From Gallionella sp. (lineage in GTDB: Bacteria; Pseudomonadota; Gammaproteobacteria; Burkholderiales; Gallionellaceae), in assembly GCA_030682375.1 (NCBI GenBank), contig JAUXOL010000016.1:18577-82576 (forward strand): 64,000 nt of DNA, written 5' to 3'. Position numbers and translations under genes: made by a program. The notes beneath the pieces were generated by a model. The model saw only the letters and a list, made by a program, of their open reading frames with translations. It had not been told where the DNA came from and did not search any database. Positions 1 to 10,699 of the stretch are shown piece after piece (the first letter of the stretch is position 1; every line of letters begins with the position of its first letter).

Positions 1-606
1 TGTCAGCGCCGTCGCGTCCATCACCTTGAGATTCTTGCTGATCGCCTCGTCAAAGCTCAGGCTCTGATAGCGGATCGCATTCGGATCCTTCTTCGGATCC
101 GCAGTGTAGATACCGTCCACCTTGGTGGCCTTGATCACCACATCGGCGGACATCTCCACGCCGCGCAACGCGGCGGCGGTGTCGGTGGTGAAGAACGGGC
201 TGCCGATGCCAGCCGCGAAGATCACCACCTTGCCGTCTTCCAGATAACGCAATGCCTTGCCGCGAATGAACGGCTCGGCGACTTGCTCCAGGCTCAGCGC
301 GGACTGCACGCGGCAGTCCAGCCCGGCGCGCTTCATCGCATCCTGAAGCGCCATCGAGTTCATCACCGTCGCCAGCATACCCATGTAATCGGCGGTCGCG
401 CGATCCATCCCCGCCGCGGCCGGAGCCACGCCGCGGAAGATATTGCCGCCGCCGATCACGATCGCCACTTCCACACCCAAGCCCACCACTTCGGCGATCT
501 CGCCGACGATGCGCTCGATCACCTCACGGTTGATGCCGTAGCTGTCCTCGCCCATCAGGGCTTCGCCGGACAACTTGAGCAGGATGCGTTTGTAGGCTGG
601 CTTCAT
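1..606 (-). CDS. pyrH: UMP kinase (3' end beyond window)
   Basis: Manual translation [19 protein letters not shown]...GGGNIFRG...[17 protein letters not shown]; sits downstream of tsf as usual. Confidence 0.97.
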   Translation of the reverse strand, partial: MKPAYKRILLKLSGEALMGEDSYGINREVIERIVGEIAEVVGLGVEVAIVIGGGNIFRGVAPAAAGMDRATADYMGMLATVMNSMALQDAMKRAGLDCRVQSALSLEQVAEPFIRGKALRYLEDGKVVIFAAGIGSPFFTTDTAAALRGVEMSADVVIKATKVDGIYTADPKKDPNAIRYQSLSFDEAISKNLKVMDATALT

Positions 607-611
607 GACAA

Positions 612-1511
612 TTAACCCTGAGCGGCGGCAGCGGCAGCGGCCACTTCAGCTGCGTAGTCTTCCACCTTCTTCTCGATGCCTTCGCCGACCACGAACATCT
701 GGAACGCGGTCACCGTAGCGCCCTTGCTCTTCAGCAATTGCTCGATGGTCTGCTTGCCGTCTTCAGCCTTGACGAACACCTGGCCCAGCAGCGTCACTTC
801 CTTCAGGAACTTCTGCACGGTGCCTTCGGCGATCTTCTCCAGCATCGCTTCCGGCTTGCCGGATTCCTTGGCCTTCTCGATCGCGATACGACGCTCGGTC
901 GCGATGTCTTCTTGATTCACGCCGGATGCATCGATGGACTTCGGCTTGCTTGCAGCGATGTGCATCGCGATGTCGCGCCCCATGGCCTCGTCGCCGCCGG
1001 TGAAGTTCAGCAGCACGCCGATCTTGCTGCCGTGCAGGTAGCTGGACAGCGTGCCGGTGGAAGTCTCGTAACGCTCGAAGCGGCGGATCGTGAGGTTCTC
1101 GCCCAGCTTCATCACCAGCGCCTTGCGCACTTCTTCGACGGTGCCGGAGCCGTTAACCAGCGCCATGCCGGACAGCGCTTCGATATCGGCCGGATTGCTC
1201 TTCGTCACCGTCTCGGCGACGTTCTTGGCGAATGCGATGAAGTCGTCATTCTTGGCCACGAAGTCGGTCTCGCAATTCACTTCCACCACGGAGCCGGTCT
1301 TGCCGTCAGCCGCGATAAACGAGCTGACCAGGCCTTCGGCGGTCACGCGCGATGCGGCCTTGCTGGCCTTCGCGCCGCTCTTGATGCGCAGCTGCTCTTC
1401 AGCTTCCTTGAAGTCGCCGTTGGATTCGACCAGCGCCTTTTTGCATTCCATCATGCCGAGACCGGTAGCCTCGCGCAGTTCCTTGACCATTGCTGCGGTA
1501 ATTTCTGCCAT
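612..1511 (-). CDS. tsf: Elongation factor Ts
   Basis: [32 protein letters not shown]; rpsB-tsf-pyrH order. Confidence 0.99.
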   Translation of the reverse strand: MAEITAAMVKELREATGLGMMECKKALVESNGDFKEAEEQLRIKSGAKASKAASRVTAEGLVSSFIAADGKTGSVVEVNCETDFVAKNDDFIAFAKNVAETVTKSNPADIEALSGMALVNGSGTVEEVRKALVMKLGENLTIRRFERYETSTGTLSSYLHGSKIGVLLNFTGGDEAMGRDIAMHIAASKPKSIDASGVNQEDIATERRIAIEKAKESGKPEAMLEKIAEGTVQKFLKEVTLLGQVFVKAEDGKQTIEQLLKSKGATVTAFQMFVVGEGIEKKVEDYAAEVAAAAAAAQG

Positions 1512-1534
1512 GTTCTACTCCATAAAAAACTTAT

Positions 1535-1558
1535 AAAAAAAGGGGCTCGCGCCCCTTT
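1535..1558 (-). terminator. Intrinsic terminator/attenuator-like hairpin between rpsB and tsf
   Basis: AAAGGGGC-TCGC-GCCCCTTT stem with a T-tract on the minus strand. Confidence 0.6.
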
Positions 1559-1575
1559 CTGCGCGGTGCCGAAGC

Positions 1576-2301
1576 TTAAGCAGCCGCAGGCTCGGAAACT
1601 TCCTGAACCAGTTCGGTCAGCGCCTGAGCACGACCTTCCAGGATCGCGTCGGCGATGCCGCGAGCATACAGGCGGATAGCCTGAGTCGAGTCATCGTTGC
1701 CAGGGATCACATAGTCCACGCCCAGCGGGGAGTTGTTGGTATCGACGATGCCGATGACCGGGATGCCCAGCTTCTGCGCTTCGACGATGGTGCCCTTCTG
1801 GTAACCGACGTCGATCACGAAGATCGCTGCCGGCAGACCCTGCATGTCCTTGATGCCGCCCAGGCTACGATCCAGCTTTTCCAGTTCGCGCGACATCATC
1901 AGCGCTTCTTTCTTGGAATACTTCTCGGTCGCGCCTTCGGCAGTGATCTGCTCCAGATCGCGCAGACGCTTGATCGACAGTTGCACGGTCTTGTGGTTGG
2001 TCAGCATGCCGCCCAGCCAACGGTAGTTGACGAACGGGGAACCCGCGCGCACTGCCTCTTCCTGGATGATGTCGCGTGCCTGACGCTTGGTCGCCACGAA
2101 CAGGATGGTGCCCTTCTTGGCTGCCAGCTTGCGCACGAAGGCTTCAGCCTCGGCGAACTTGGCGACGGTCTTTTCCAGGTTGATGATGTGAATCTTGTTG
2201 CGATGGCCGAAGATGTACGGTGCCATCTTGGGATTCCAGAAACGGGTCTGGTGACCGAAGTGGACACCTGCCTCCAGCATTTGACGCATAGTTACAGCCA
2301 T
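1576..2301 (-). CDS. rpsB: 30S ribosomal protein S2
   Basis: [24 protein letters not shown] motif. Confidence 0.99.
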   Translation of the reverse strand: MAVTMRQMLEAGVHFGHQTRFWNPKMAPYIFGHRNKIHIINLEKTVAKFAEAEAFVRKLAAKKGTILFVATKRQARDIIQEEAVRAGSPFVNYRWLGGMLTNHKTVQLSIKRLRDLEQITAEGATEKYSKKEALMMSRELEKLDRSLGGIKDMQGLPAAIFVIDVGYQKGTIVEAQKLGIPVIGIVDTNNSPLGVDYVIPGNDDSTQAIRLYARGIADAILEGRAQALTELVQEVSEPAAA

Positions 2302-2400
2302 GATTACTCCTAACGTAAGGGTTATTAACTACCACTCGCCAGCCTGACCCACGGCGATTCCGTGAGCACCCCAACTTGCGCGAGCGGGAAATTAGCCCCG
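2302..2400 (-). promoter_or_regulatory. rpsB 5' leader (S2 autoregulatory RNA)
   Basis: Minus strand contains GGGGTG and TAACCC segments like the conserved proteobacterial S2 leader, directly before SD and ATG. Confidence 0.6.
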
Positions 2401-2434
2401 GAAGAAATTAAGAACCTGTTCCGAAGCGGCGCGC

Positions 2435-2443
2435 ATTCTAGCA
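2435..2443 (-). promoter_or_regulatory. Extended -10 promoter element for rpsB
   Basis: TGCTAGAAT (TGn + TAGAAT) on minus strand upstream of the S2 leader. Confidence 0.55.
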
Positions 2444-2582
2444 CCAAGCCCGGTTTCACTCAACCTGTACGACAAGACAGGGCGAACCGCCCTGCCGAAA
2501 CCGCACCCAGAGCATATTTCGAGTGATTTTCCTTAAACGCCATGCACATGGCGCGTTTTGATGTAGTGATTTAACACCAATC

Positions 2583-2609
2583 TAATCCGCGAGTTCTTTG
2601 CGTCGATAA
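2583..2609 (+). promoter_or_regulatory. Putative sigma28 (FliA) promoter
   Basis: TAAT-N15-GTCGATAA versus consensus TAAA-N15-GCCGATAA; 45 nt upstream of the ATG at 2655. Confidence 0.65.
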
Positions 2610-2654
2610 CCGGGTTATAGGCAAACCGACTCTACCGGCATGGAGGTGATTGTA

Positions 2655-3743
2655 ATGAAAATCGAAAATTCCACTATCGGCCTCACCGGCCAGCACGCCA
2701 GTTCGCGACAGCATACGGTCGAGGAATCCCTGCGTGCCTGGGTAGGCGAGCAACGCCCGGACTTCGAGCGGCGCAACGAAGCGCGCGCCCAGGACTTGCG
2801 GGCATGGGCAGGCCAGACCGTGGCGACGTTGTCCGATGCCGGGCGGCAGGCTGCGGCTCAAGCGTCAGCCAATGACGCCCAGGCCGCCTCCGCGACCGAA
2901 GAGGCGGCCGACCAGACCGCGAACGACCCCAAGATGCAACTGCTGATCGGCCTGATCGAGGCGCTGACCGGACACAAGGTGAAGCTGTTCAACGCCAGCG
3001 CGATGAAACGCGACGAAGCAGCCGCCCCCGTTGCAACAACCCACCAGGCGCCGGCCGCAGAGAACCGCCGCCAGGGCTGGGGCGTGGAATACGACAGGCG
3101 CGAGACACTGCACGAAGTGGAAGTCACGCGCTTCGATGCCGAGGGCGTCGTGAAGACCAGCGACGGGCGAGAGATCAGCTTCAAACTCTCGCTGGAGATG
3201 AGCCGCGAGTTCTATCAGGAGACCAATATTTCCATACGCGCAGGCGACGGTGTGAAGAAGGATCCGCTGGTGATTAACTTCGCAGGTGCCGCCGCCCAGC
3301 TCACCGACACCAAGTTCGAGTTCGACCTCGATTCCAACGGCAAGGCCGAACAGATGTCCTTCGTCGGCTCAGGCAGCGGTTTCCTCGCGCTGGACAAGAA
3401 CGGCAACGGCACTATCGACAACGGCTCCGAACTGTTCGGCACGCAGAGCGGCAACGGCTTCGCCGACCTGGCGGCCTACGACAGCGACGGCAACCAGTGG
3501 ATAGACGAGAACGACGCGGTGTATTCGAAACTGCGGATATGGAGCAAGGATGGCGGCGGGAACGACCTGTTGAGCACGCTGACGGAACGCAAGGTCGGCG
3601 CGCTCTACCTCGGCAACGTCGCCACCCCGTTCGACCTGAAGAACGGCGCGAACGACCTGCAAGGACAAGTGCGCAACAGCGGCGTCTATCTGAACGAAGA
3701 TGGCACGGCCGGTACTCTGCAACAAGTGGACTTGGTGGTTTAA
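2655..3743 (+). CDS. Hypothetical protein with C-terminal DxDxDG-like (Ca-binding/VCBS-like) repeats
   Basis: 362-aa ORF with GGAGG SD at 2642; motifs DLDSNGKAE, DKNGNGTIDNGSELFG, DSDGNQWIDEND. Confidence 0.8.
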   Translation: MKIENSTIGLTGQHASSRQHTVEESLRAWVGEQRPDFERRNEARAQDLRAWAGQTVATLSDAGRQAAAQASANDAQAASATEEAADQTANDPKMQLLIGLIEALTGHKVKLFNASAMKRDEAAAPVATTHQAPAAENRRQGWGVEYDRRETLHEVEVTRFDAEGVVKTSDGREISFKLSLEMSREFYQETNISIRAGDGVKKDPLVINFAGAAAQLTDTKFEFDLDSNGKAEQMSFVGSGSGFLALDKNGNGTIDNGSELFGTQSGNGFADLAAYDSDGNQWIDENDAVYSKLRIWSKDGGGNDLLSTLTERKVGALYLGNVATPFDLKNGANDLQGQVRNSGVYLNEDGTAGTLQQVDLVV

Positions 3744-3759
3744 AACCTACTGCACGACT

Positions 3760-3992
3760 CGATTTACCCGCAAGGGGCAGGCCGGTGGGTGCCCGGCGGC
3801 TTCGCCGCCACCCAACCGCTCGCGGCGTTGCGCGGTGTTGGTTTCGGCATCACGCGCTTTGCGCATGAGCCTGCACCGAAACTTCGTTTTCGAAATCCGG
3901 GGCCGCAAAGCGGCAAACTGAAAGTACATTCCGGTTTCTGTGCTCCGTGCGCCTTACACTCGAGCCGCTCGCTACGGTTTCGAAGCATCCTG
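3760..3992 (-). repeat. Compound ERIC-like palindromic element with internal hairpins
   Basis: Minus strand has TAAGGCG (3950-3956) ... CAACGCCG (3823-3830), as in the element before smpB, plus several hairpins. Confidence 0.45.
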
Positions 3993-4004
3993 TCAGCGTG
4001 TTTG

Positions 4005-6533
4005 TTACTCGCGCAAGATGGCTAAGGGCGGCAGCGACGCCAGCCGCCTAGTGCCCAGCCATCCGGCCAGCATCACCGCCGCCATACCGCCGAACACGCC
4101 TATAGCCCAGATCGCCGCATTCGGCTGGTATGGAATCTCCAGCACGCGCAGCGCCAGCACCCAGCCCAGCAACACCGCCCCCGCCGCCGCGAACAAGCCG
4201 CTCAACCCGCCCAGCACGGCGAACTCCGACAAGTGCAGCCGCCGCAGATAACGCCCGTCCGCGCCCAGCGTGCGCAGCACCGCCGCCTCGAAACTGCGCT
4301 CGTCTTGCGTCGCCAGCAGCGCGGCATACAGCACCGCGAAGCCGGACAGCAGCGTGAACAGGAACACTGCCCCCATCACCTGCGTGATCTGGTCCATGAT
4401 GTGGCGCACCTGATCGATGATGGAACCGGTGTCTATCACCAGCACGTTGGGAAACTCGCGCGCCAGCAGGTCGCCCGCGCGAATGCTGTCCGGCGGCAGG
4501 TAGAAACTGGTCAGGTAGCTCGCCGGATAGTCGCGCAGCAACTCCGGCGTCGCGATCACGAAAAAATTCACCCGCATCGAGTCCCACTCCACCTTGCGCA
4601 AACTGCTCACTCGCGCCGTGAAACGGCTGCCGGCCACGTCGTAGGTCAGCGTGTCGCCCAAGTGGATGCCCAGCGTCTCGGCGATACCCTCCTCGACCGA
4701 CAACTCCCCATTCGCCCCCGCAGTCCACCACTTGCCGCCGACCAGCTTGTTCCACTCCGGCATCTGCTCCATGTACGACAGATTGAACTCGCGCTCCACC
4801 AGACGGCTCGCGCGCGTATCGGCGTAGCTGTCGCCGCTGACCGGCCTGTCGTTGATTGCGACCAACCTACCGCGCACCATCGGCTGCAACTCCGGCGGCG
4901 GCAGCTTCTCGCGCGCAAAGAAATCGACCAGCGCCTGCTGCTGGTGCGGCTGGATGTTCACGACGAAACGATTGGGCGTGTCCGGCGGCAGCCTGTCCTG
5001 CCAGCCCTGCAGCAGGTCGGCGCGCACCAGCGTCAGCAGCAGCAAAGCCATGCCGCCCAGCGCCAGCGCGACGACCTGCAGCGCATTGCTGCGCCCGTGC
5101 CGCACCAGGTTGTTCACCGCATGCCGCCAGTGGCTGCCGAGATAGGGGAAATAGCGCGCCAGCCCATGCAGCATCAACCAGGCCAGGCCGCCGAACACCA
5201 CCAGTCCGGCGAGCAGGCCGCCCAGCATCGCCAACCCCAGCTTGGCCGAACCCGAGTGCCACAGGAACAGTCCTGCCAGCACCAGCAGCGCGACGCCATA
5301 GGCCAGCACGGTGTTCGGCTGCGGCGCGCCCAACTCGCGGCGCAGCACGCGCAACGGCGACACCCGGCGCAGTTGCAGCAGCGGCAGGAAGCCGAAGCCC
5401 AGCAGCAGCGCGAAACCGCTGACCGCAGCCTTCAGCGCGGGCAGCAGCGAAGGCTGCGGCAGCGCCGCATCGCGCATCGTTTCGATGAAGGAGATCAGCA
5501 TCGCCTGCGTGACGTAGCCCAGCAGACAACCGGCCAGCACCGCAAAGAAACCGAGCAGCAGGAACTGGTACAGGAACAGCCGCAGCACCTGAGCCTGCTG
5601 CGCGCCCAGACAGCGCATCACCGCGCAGCCATCGAGATGGCGCTGCACGAAACGCCGCGCCGCCAGCATGATCGCAGCTCCCGCGAGGATCGCCGCGGTC
5701 AGTGCCGCGAGGCCGAGGAAATGCTCGGCGCGCTCCAGCGCGCTACGTATCTCGGGCCGCGCGTCGCGCACGTCCTCCAGCCTCTCGTTGCCGGACAGCT
5801 TCGGCTTGAGTTCATCGCGCAGCGCGGTGACCTGCTGCGCCTCGCCCGCGACCATCAGCCGGTAGGTGATGCGGCTGCCCTCCTGCAGCAGCCCGGTCGC
5901 CGCGAGGTCCTGCGCGTTCATCAGCACGCGCGGCGCGAAGCTGGAGAAACCGATGGACTGGTCGATGTCCTTCACCACCCGCGCCGCGACGACGAAACGC
6001 ATCGCGCCTATGCCCACCTCGTCGCCGACCTGCAGGTCGAGCCGGCGCAGCAGCCGCTCGTCCGCCCACACCGTGCCACGCAATGGAATCGATCCAGCCG
6101 CCCCCTCCCCCTCGATGGGGGAGGGTTGGGGAGAGGGTGAAAACGTCGAATTCCCCCCAACCCCATTCCCTAAATCAATCGCTATCTTCCCCCGCAGCGG
6201 ATACCCCTCCTCCACCGCCTGCATTTCCGACAGCAACGCCTGCTCGCGCGACGACACCATGCTCGGAAAACTGCGGCTCTCGACCGCGCGCAACCCGCGC
6301 GCCTCGGCGCTCTTTCGATAGGCGGGAGGCAGCGGCCGCGTCGAGGTGATGCGCAAGTCCGCCCCGATCAGGCTGGTCGCCTCCTGCTGCAACGCCTGCC
6401 GCACGCGGTCGGCGAACATGCCGACCGTCGCGAGGCTGCCCACCGCCAGCACCAGCGCCAGCAACAGCACGCGCCACTCCCCGGCCCGCCAGTCGCGGCG
6501 CAACAGGTTGAGGGAGAGGCGGAGGAGATTCAT
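4005..6533 (-). CDS. ybbP: FtsX-family ABC permease, YbbP-like
   Basis: 842 aa, two multi-TM halves, PNRFVVNIQ and WDSMRVNFFVI motifs; next to ABC ATPase and tesA. Confidence 0.85.
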   Translation of the reverse strand: MNLLRLSLNLLRRDWRAGEWRVLLLALVLAVGSLATVGMFADRVRQALQQEATSLIGADLRITSTRPLPPAYRKSAEARGLRAVESRSFPSMVSSREQALLSEMQAVEEGYPLRGKIAIDLGNGVGGNSTFSPSPQPSPIEGEGAAGSIPLRGTVWADERLLRRLDLQVGDEVGIGAMRFVVAARVVKDIDQSIGFSSFAPRVLMNAQDLAATGLLQEGSRITYRLMVAGEAQQVTALRDELKPKLSGNERLEDVRDARPEIRSALERAEHFLGLAALTAAILAGAAIMLAARRFVQRHLDGCAVMRCLGAQQAQVLRLFLYQFLLLGFFAVLAGCLLGYVTQAMLISFIETMRDAALPQPSLLPALKAAVSGFALLLGFGFLPLLQLRRVSPLRVLRRELGAPQPNTVLAYGVALLVLAGLFLWHSGSAKLGLAMLGGLLAGLVVFGGLAWLMLHGLARYFPYLGSHWRHAVNNLVRHGRSNALQVVALALGGMALLLLTLVRADLLQGWQDRLPPDTPNRFVVNIQPHQQQALVDFFAREKLPPPELQPMVRGRLVAINDRPVSGDSYADTRASRLVEREFNLSYMEQMPEWNKLVGGKWWTAGANGELSVEEGIAETLGIHLGDTLTYDVAGSRFTARVSSLRKVEWDSMRVNFFVIATPELLRDYPASYLTSFYLPPDSIRAGDLLAREFPNVLVIDTGSIIDQVRHIMDQITQVMGAVFLFTLLSGFAVLYAALLATQDERSFEAAVLRTLGADGRYLRRLHLSEFAVLGGLSGLFAAAGAVLLGWVLALRVLEIPYQPNAAIWAIGVFGGMAAVMLAGWLGTRRLASLPPLAILRE
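6088..6172 (-). repeat. C/G-rich palindromic repeat inserted in frame in ybbP
   Basis: Minus strand CCCTCTCCCCAACCCTCCCCATCGAGGGGGAGGGG encodes SPSPQPSPIEGEG between YPLRG and GTVW. Confidence 0.65.
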
Positions 6534-6536
6534 TTT

Positions 6537-7058
6537 TTATTCACCGCAAACCCTACATTTCTCAAATTGACTTTGAAGCGTCTTCGGAAAATCGCTGTCA
6601 CCATCAACGAAAATCCATTTGAAATACCCAAGTACCTGGTCTCTCAATTCCCTCATGCTGAGTTTGTAATCGCCGAACTCGACATACAACATTGGGCCTG
6701 AAATGAAATATGCATGCCAATCATTGATACCTCGCTCGGGGGCTTTCGTGATTACTTGATTTTTCAAACTATGATCCTTCGTCATTTGCCAATGCTTGGC
6801 ACCATTAGAAAGATCCACAACGGCCTGCATGACCAACAATGCAAACTCGGGAAGAGCGGCCTTCTTATCTTTCGCCTCTTGACTACCGCAGTCCCGTATC
6901 CAATCAACATAAAGGTGATTGACCGTAACAACAAAATTGAAAGTGTCATAGACACTCCAGCCACATTCCAGTCTCTGCGATTCCCATTGCAGCTTTTCAT
7001 ACATATCAAGGCATGTTTCAAGGCCGGGCCGAGTTGATGGTTTATTGTGTTTCGTCAT
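6537..7058 (-). CDS. Low-GC hypothetical protein (possible HEPN-like fold)
   Basis: 173-aa ORF tightly packed between ybbA and ybbP; 26/60 GC in line 6541 versus 41/60 in line 4201; FNFVVTVNHLYVDW and DLSNGAKH motifs. Confidence 0.75.
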   Translation of the reverse strand: MTKHNKPSTRPGLETCLDMYEKLQWESQRLECGWSVYDTFNFVVTVNHLYVDWIRDCGSQEAKDKKAALPEFALLVMQAVVDLSNGAKHWQMTKDHSLKNQVITKAPERGINDWHAYFISGPMLYVEFGDYKLSMRELRDQVLGYFKWIFVDGDSDFPKTLQSQFEKCRVCGE

Positions 7059-7062
7059 GTTG

Positions 7063-7728
7063 TTACACCACCCTCCCCGCCTCCAGCCTCAACTGCCTGC
7101 CGCAGCGCCTCGCCAGCGCCTCGTCGTGGGTGACGAGGATCAGCGTCGTGCCCTGCGCGCGGTTGAGTTCCAGCATCAATTCGATAACCTGTGAACCCGT
7201 CGCCGCATCGAGGTTGCCGGTGGGTTCGTCGGCGAACAGAATCTTGGGGCGGGTGACGAAGGCGCGGGCGAGTGCGACGCGCTGCTGTTCTCCGCCGGAG
7301 AGGTGTTTGGGCAGGTGGTGCATGCGCTCGGTCAGCCCAACCTGGCGCAGCGAGTCGGCGGCGCGCTCGTGCGCGTCGGATGCGCCTTGCAGTTCCAGCG
7401 GCAGCATCACGTTTTCCAGCGCGCTCAAGGCGGGCAGCAGCTGGAACGACTGGAACACGAAGCCTGCCGCGGCGCCCCGCAGCCTTGCGCGTCCGTCTTC
7501 GTCCAGCGCAAACAGGTCCGCGCCGGCCAAGTGCACGCTGCCGCTGCTGGGTACGTCCAGCCCGGCCAGGAGGCCCAGCAGCGTAGACTTGCCGGAACCG
7601 GACGCGCCGAGGATCGCGAGGCTCTCGCCCGCCTCGACCGCGAAACTCACCTCGTGCAGGATGGTCAGCGGCTGGTCGCCGCTCTGCACTTGCTTGCCCA
7701 ATCCAACTGCCTGCACAATCGCTGCCAT
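7063..7728 (-). CDS. ybbA: ABC transporter ATP-binding protein, YbbA-like
   Basis: GASGSGKST, LSGGEQQRVALARA, ILFADEPTGNLD. Confidence 0.9.
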   Translation of the reverse strand: MAAIVQAVGLGKQVQSGDQPLTILHEVSFAVEAGESLAILGASGSGKSTLLGLLAGLDVPSSGSVHLAGADLFALDEDGRARLRGAAAGFVFQSFQLLPALSALENVMLPLELQGASDAHERAADSLRQVGLTERMHHLPKHLSGGEQQRVALARAFVTRPKILFADEPTGNLDAATGSQVIELMLELNRAQGTTLILVTHDEALARRCGRQLRLEAGRVV

Positions 7729-8545
7729 GAAAAATCCATTTTCGACAATGTTTGCTGGAAGCCCTCTCCCCTTCGATACGCCCGCTGTGCGGGCTACTCA
7801 GGGCGAACGGCCTGCTATTGCTCCGTTCGTGCTGATAACCAACCACTTGGCAACCGTTTTCTGGTTGCTTAGTGGGCTGGCTAGTTGCATCACCAGTGCC
7901 TTGCGCAGCAAGGCGTATCGAAGCATGAGCGGAGCGGGAACCACAACAATAAATTTTGTTTTGTTAATCGTAGCACTGGGTCTGCCCTGCACCGCCCACG
8001 CCGCGAAGAACATCCTAGTGTTCGGCGACAGTCTATCAGCCGGATACGGGATCGCAGTAGCGGAAAGTTGGCCGGCGCTGTTGCAGCAGGAACTGGTACG
8101 CAACGGCTCGAAATACCGCGTGGTCAACGCCAGCATCAGCGGCGAAACCACGCTGGGCGGACGGCAGCGCATCGCCCAGGCATTGCAGCAGCATCGCCCG
8201 GCGGTGGTGGTGATCGAGTTAGGCGCGAACGACGGGCTGCGCGGTTACGGCACGGCGGACATCGCGGCGAATCTGGGCGAGATCGTCGCCGCCGCGCAAC
8301 GGGTGCATGCCCGCGTGCTGCTGGTCGGCATGCGCTTGCCGCCGAACTACGGCGAGCCTTACGTCACGCAGTTCCGCAATCTCTATCCGCGCCTCGCGGA
8401 GAAACACCGCGTCAGGCTGATGCCGTTCCTGCTGGAAGGCGTGCCGCCGGAACAGTTCCAGCCGGACAACCTGCATCCGACCGCTGCGGCGCAACCGCTG
8501 CTGATGCGGAACGTGCTGAAGACGTTGAAACCGCTGCTGCGCTGA
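7727..8545 (+). CDS. tesA: GDSL arylesterase/acyl-CoA thioesterase I, TesA-like (start 7727 or 7925)
   Basis: VFGDSLSAGYG, NASISGET, ELGANDG, DNLHP; frame stays open from ATG 7727 through a repeat element. Confidence 0.88.
   Translation: MKNPFSTMFAGSPLPFDTPAVRATQGERPAIAPFVLITNHLATVFWLLSGLASCITSALRSKAYRSMSGAGTTTINFVLLIVALGLPCTAHAAKNILVFGDSLSAGYGIAVAESWPALLQQELVRNGSKYRVVNASISGETTLGGRQRIAQALQQHRPAVVVIELGANDGLRGYGTADIAANLGEIVAAAQRVHARVLLVGMRLPPNYGEPYVTQFRNLYPRLAEKHRVRLMPFLLEGVPPEQFQPDNLHPTAAAQPLLMRNVLKTLKPLLR
7769..7928 (+). repeat. Two-arm palindromic repeat (CCCTTCG...GAACGG / CCGTTCG...CATGA) carrying a nested 60-nt hairpin
   Basis: Arms match, in inverted orientation, the element at 58266-58432. 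Confidence 0.8.
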
Positions 8546-8571
8546 ACGCGCCGACTTGAAAGGGGCGACCG

Positions 8572-10589
<2,018 letters not shown>

Positions 10590-10593
<4 letters not shown>

Positions 10594-10664
10594 GTCGGGT
10601 TAGCCAAGGGCGTAACCCGACATTTTCGATGATCGTCGGATTACGCTACGCTAACCCGACCTAC
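10590..10664. repeat. GTAG-type REP doublet (REPIN), family 2
   Basis: GTAGGTCGGGTTAG...CGTAACCCGAC and inverted GTCGGATTACG...CTAACCCGACCTAC; overlaps the stop codon of the upstream gene. Confidence 0.8.
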
Positions 10665-10699
10665 GGAACTCACCTCGAACGGTGGGGTTCATTATTTCC

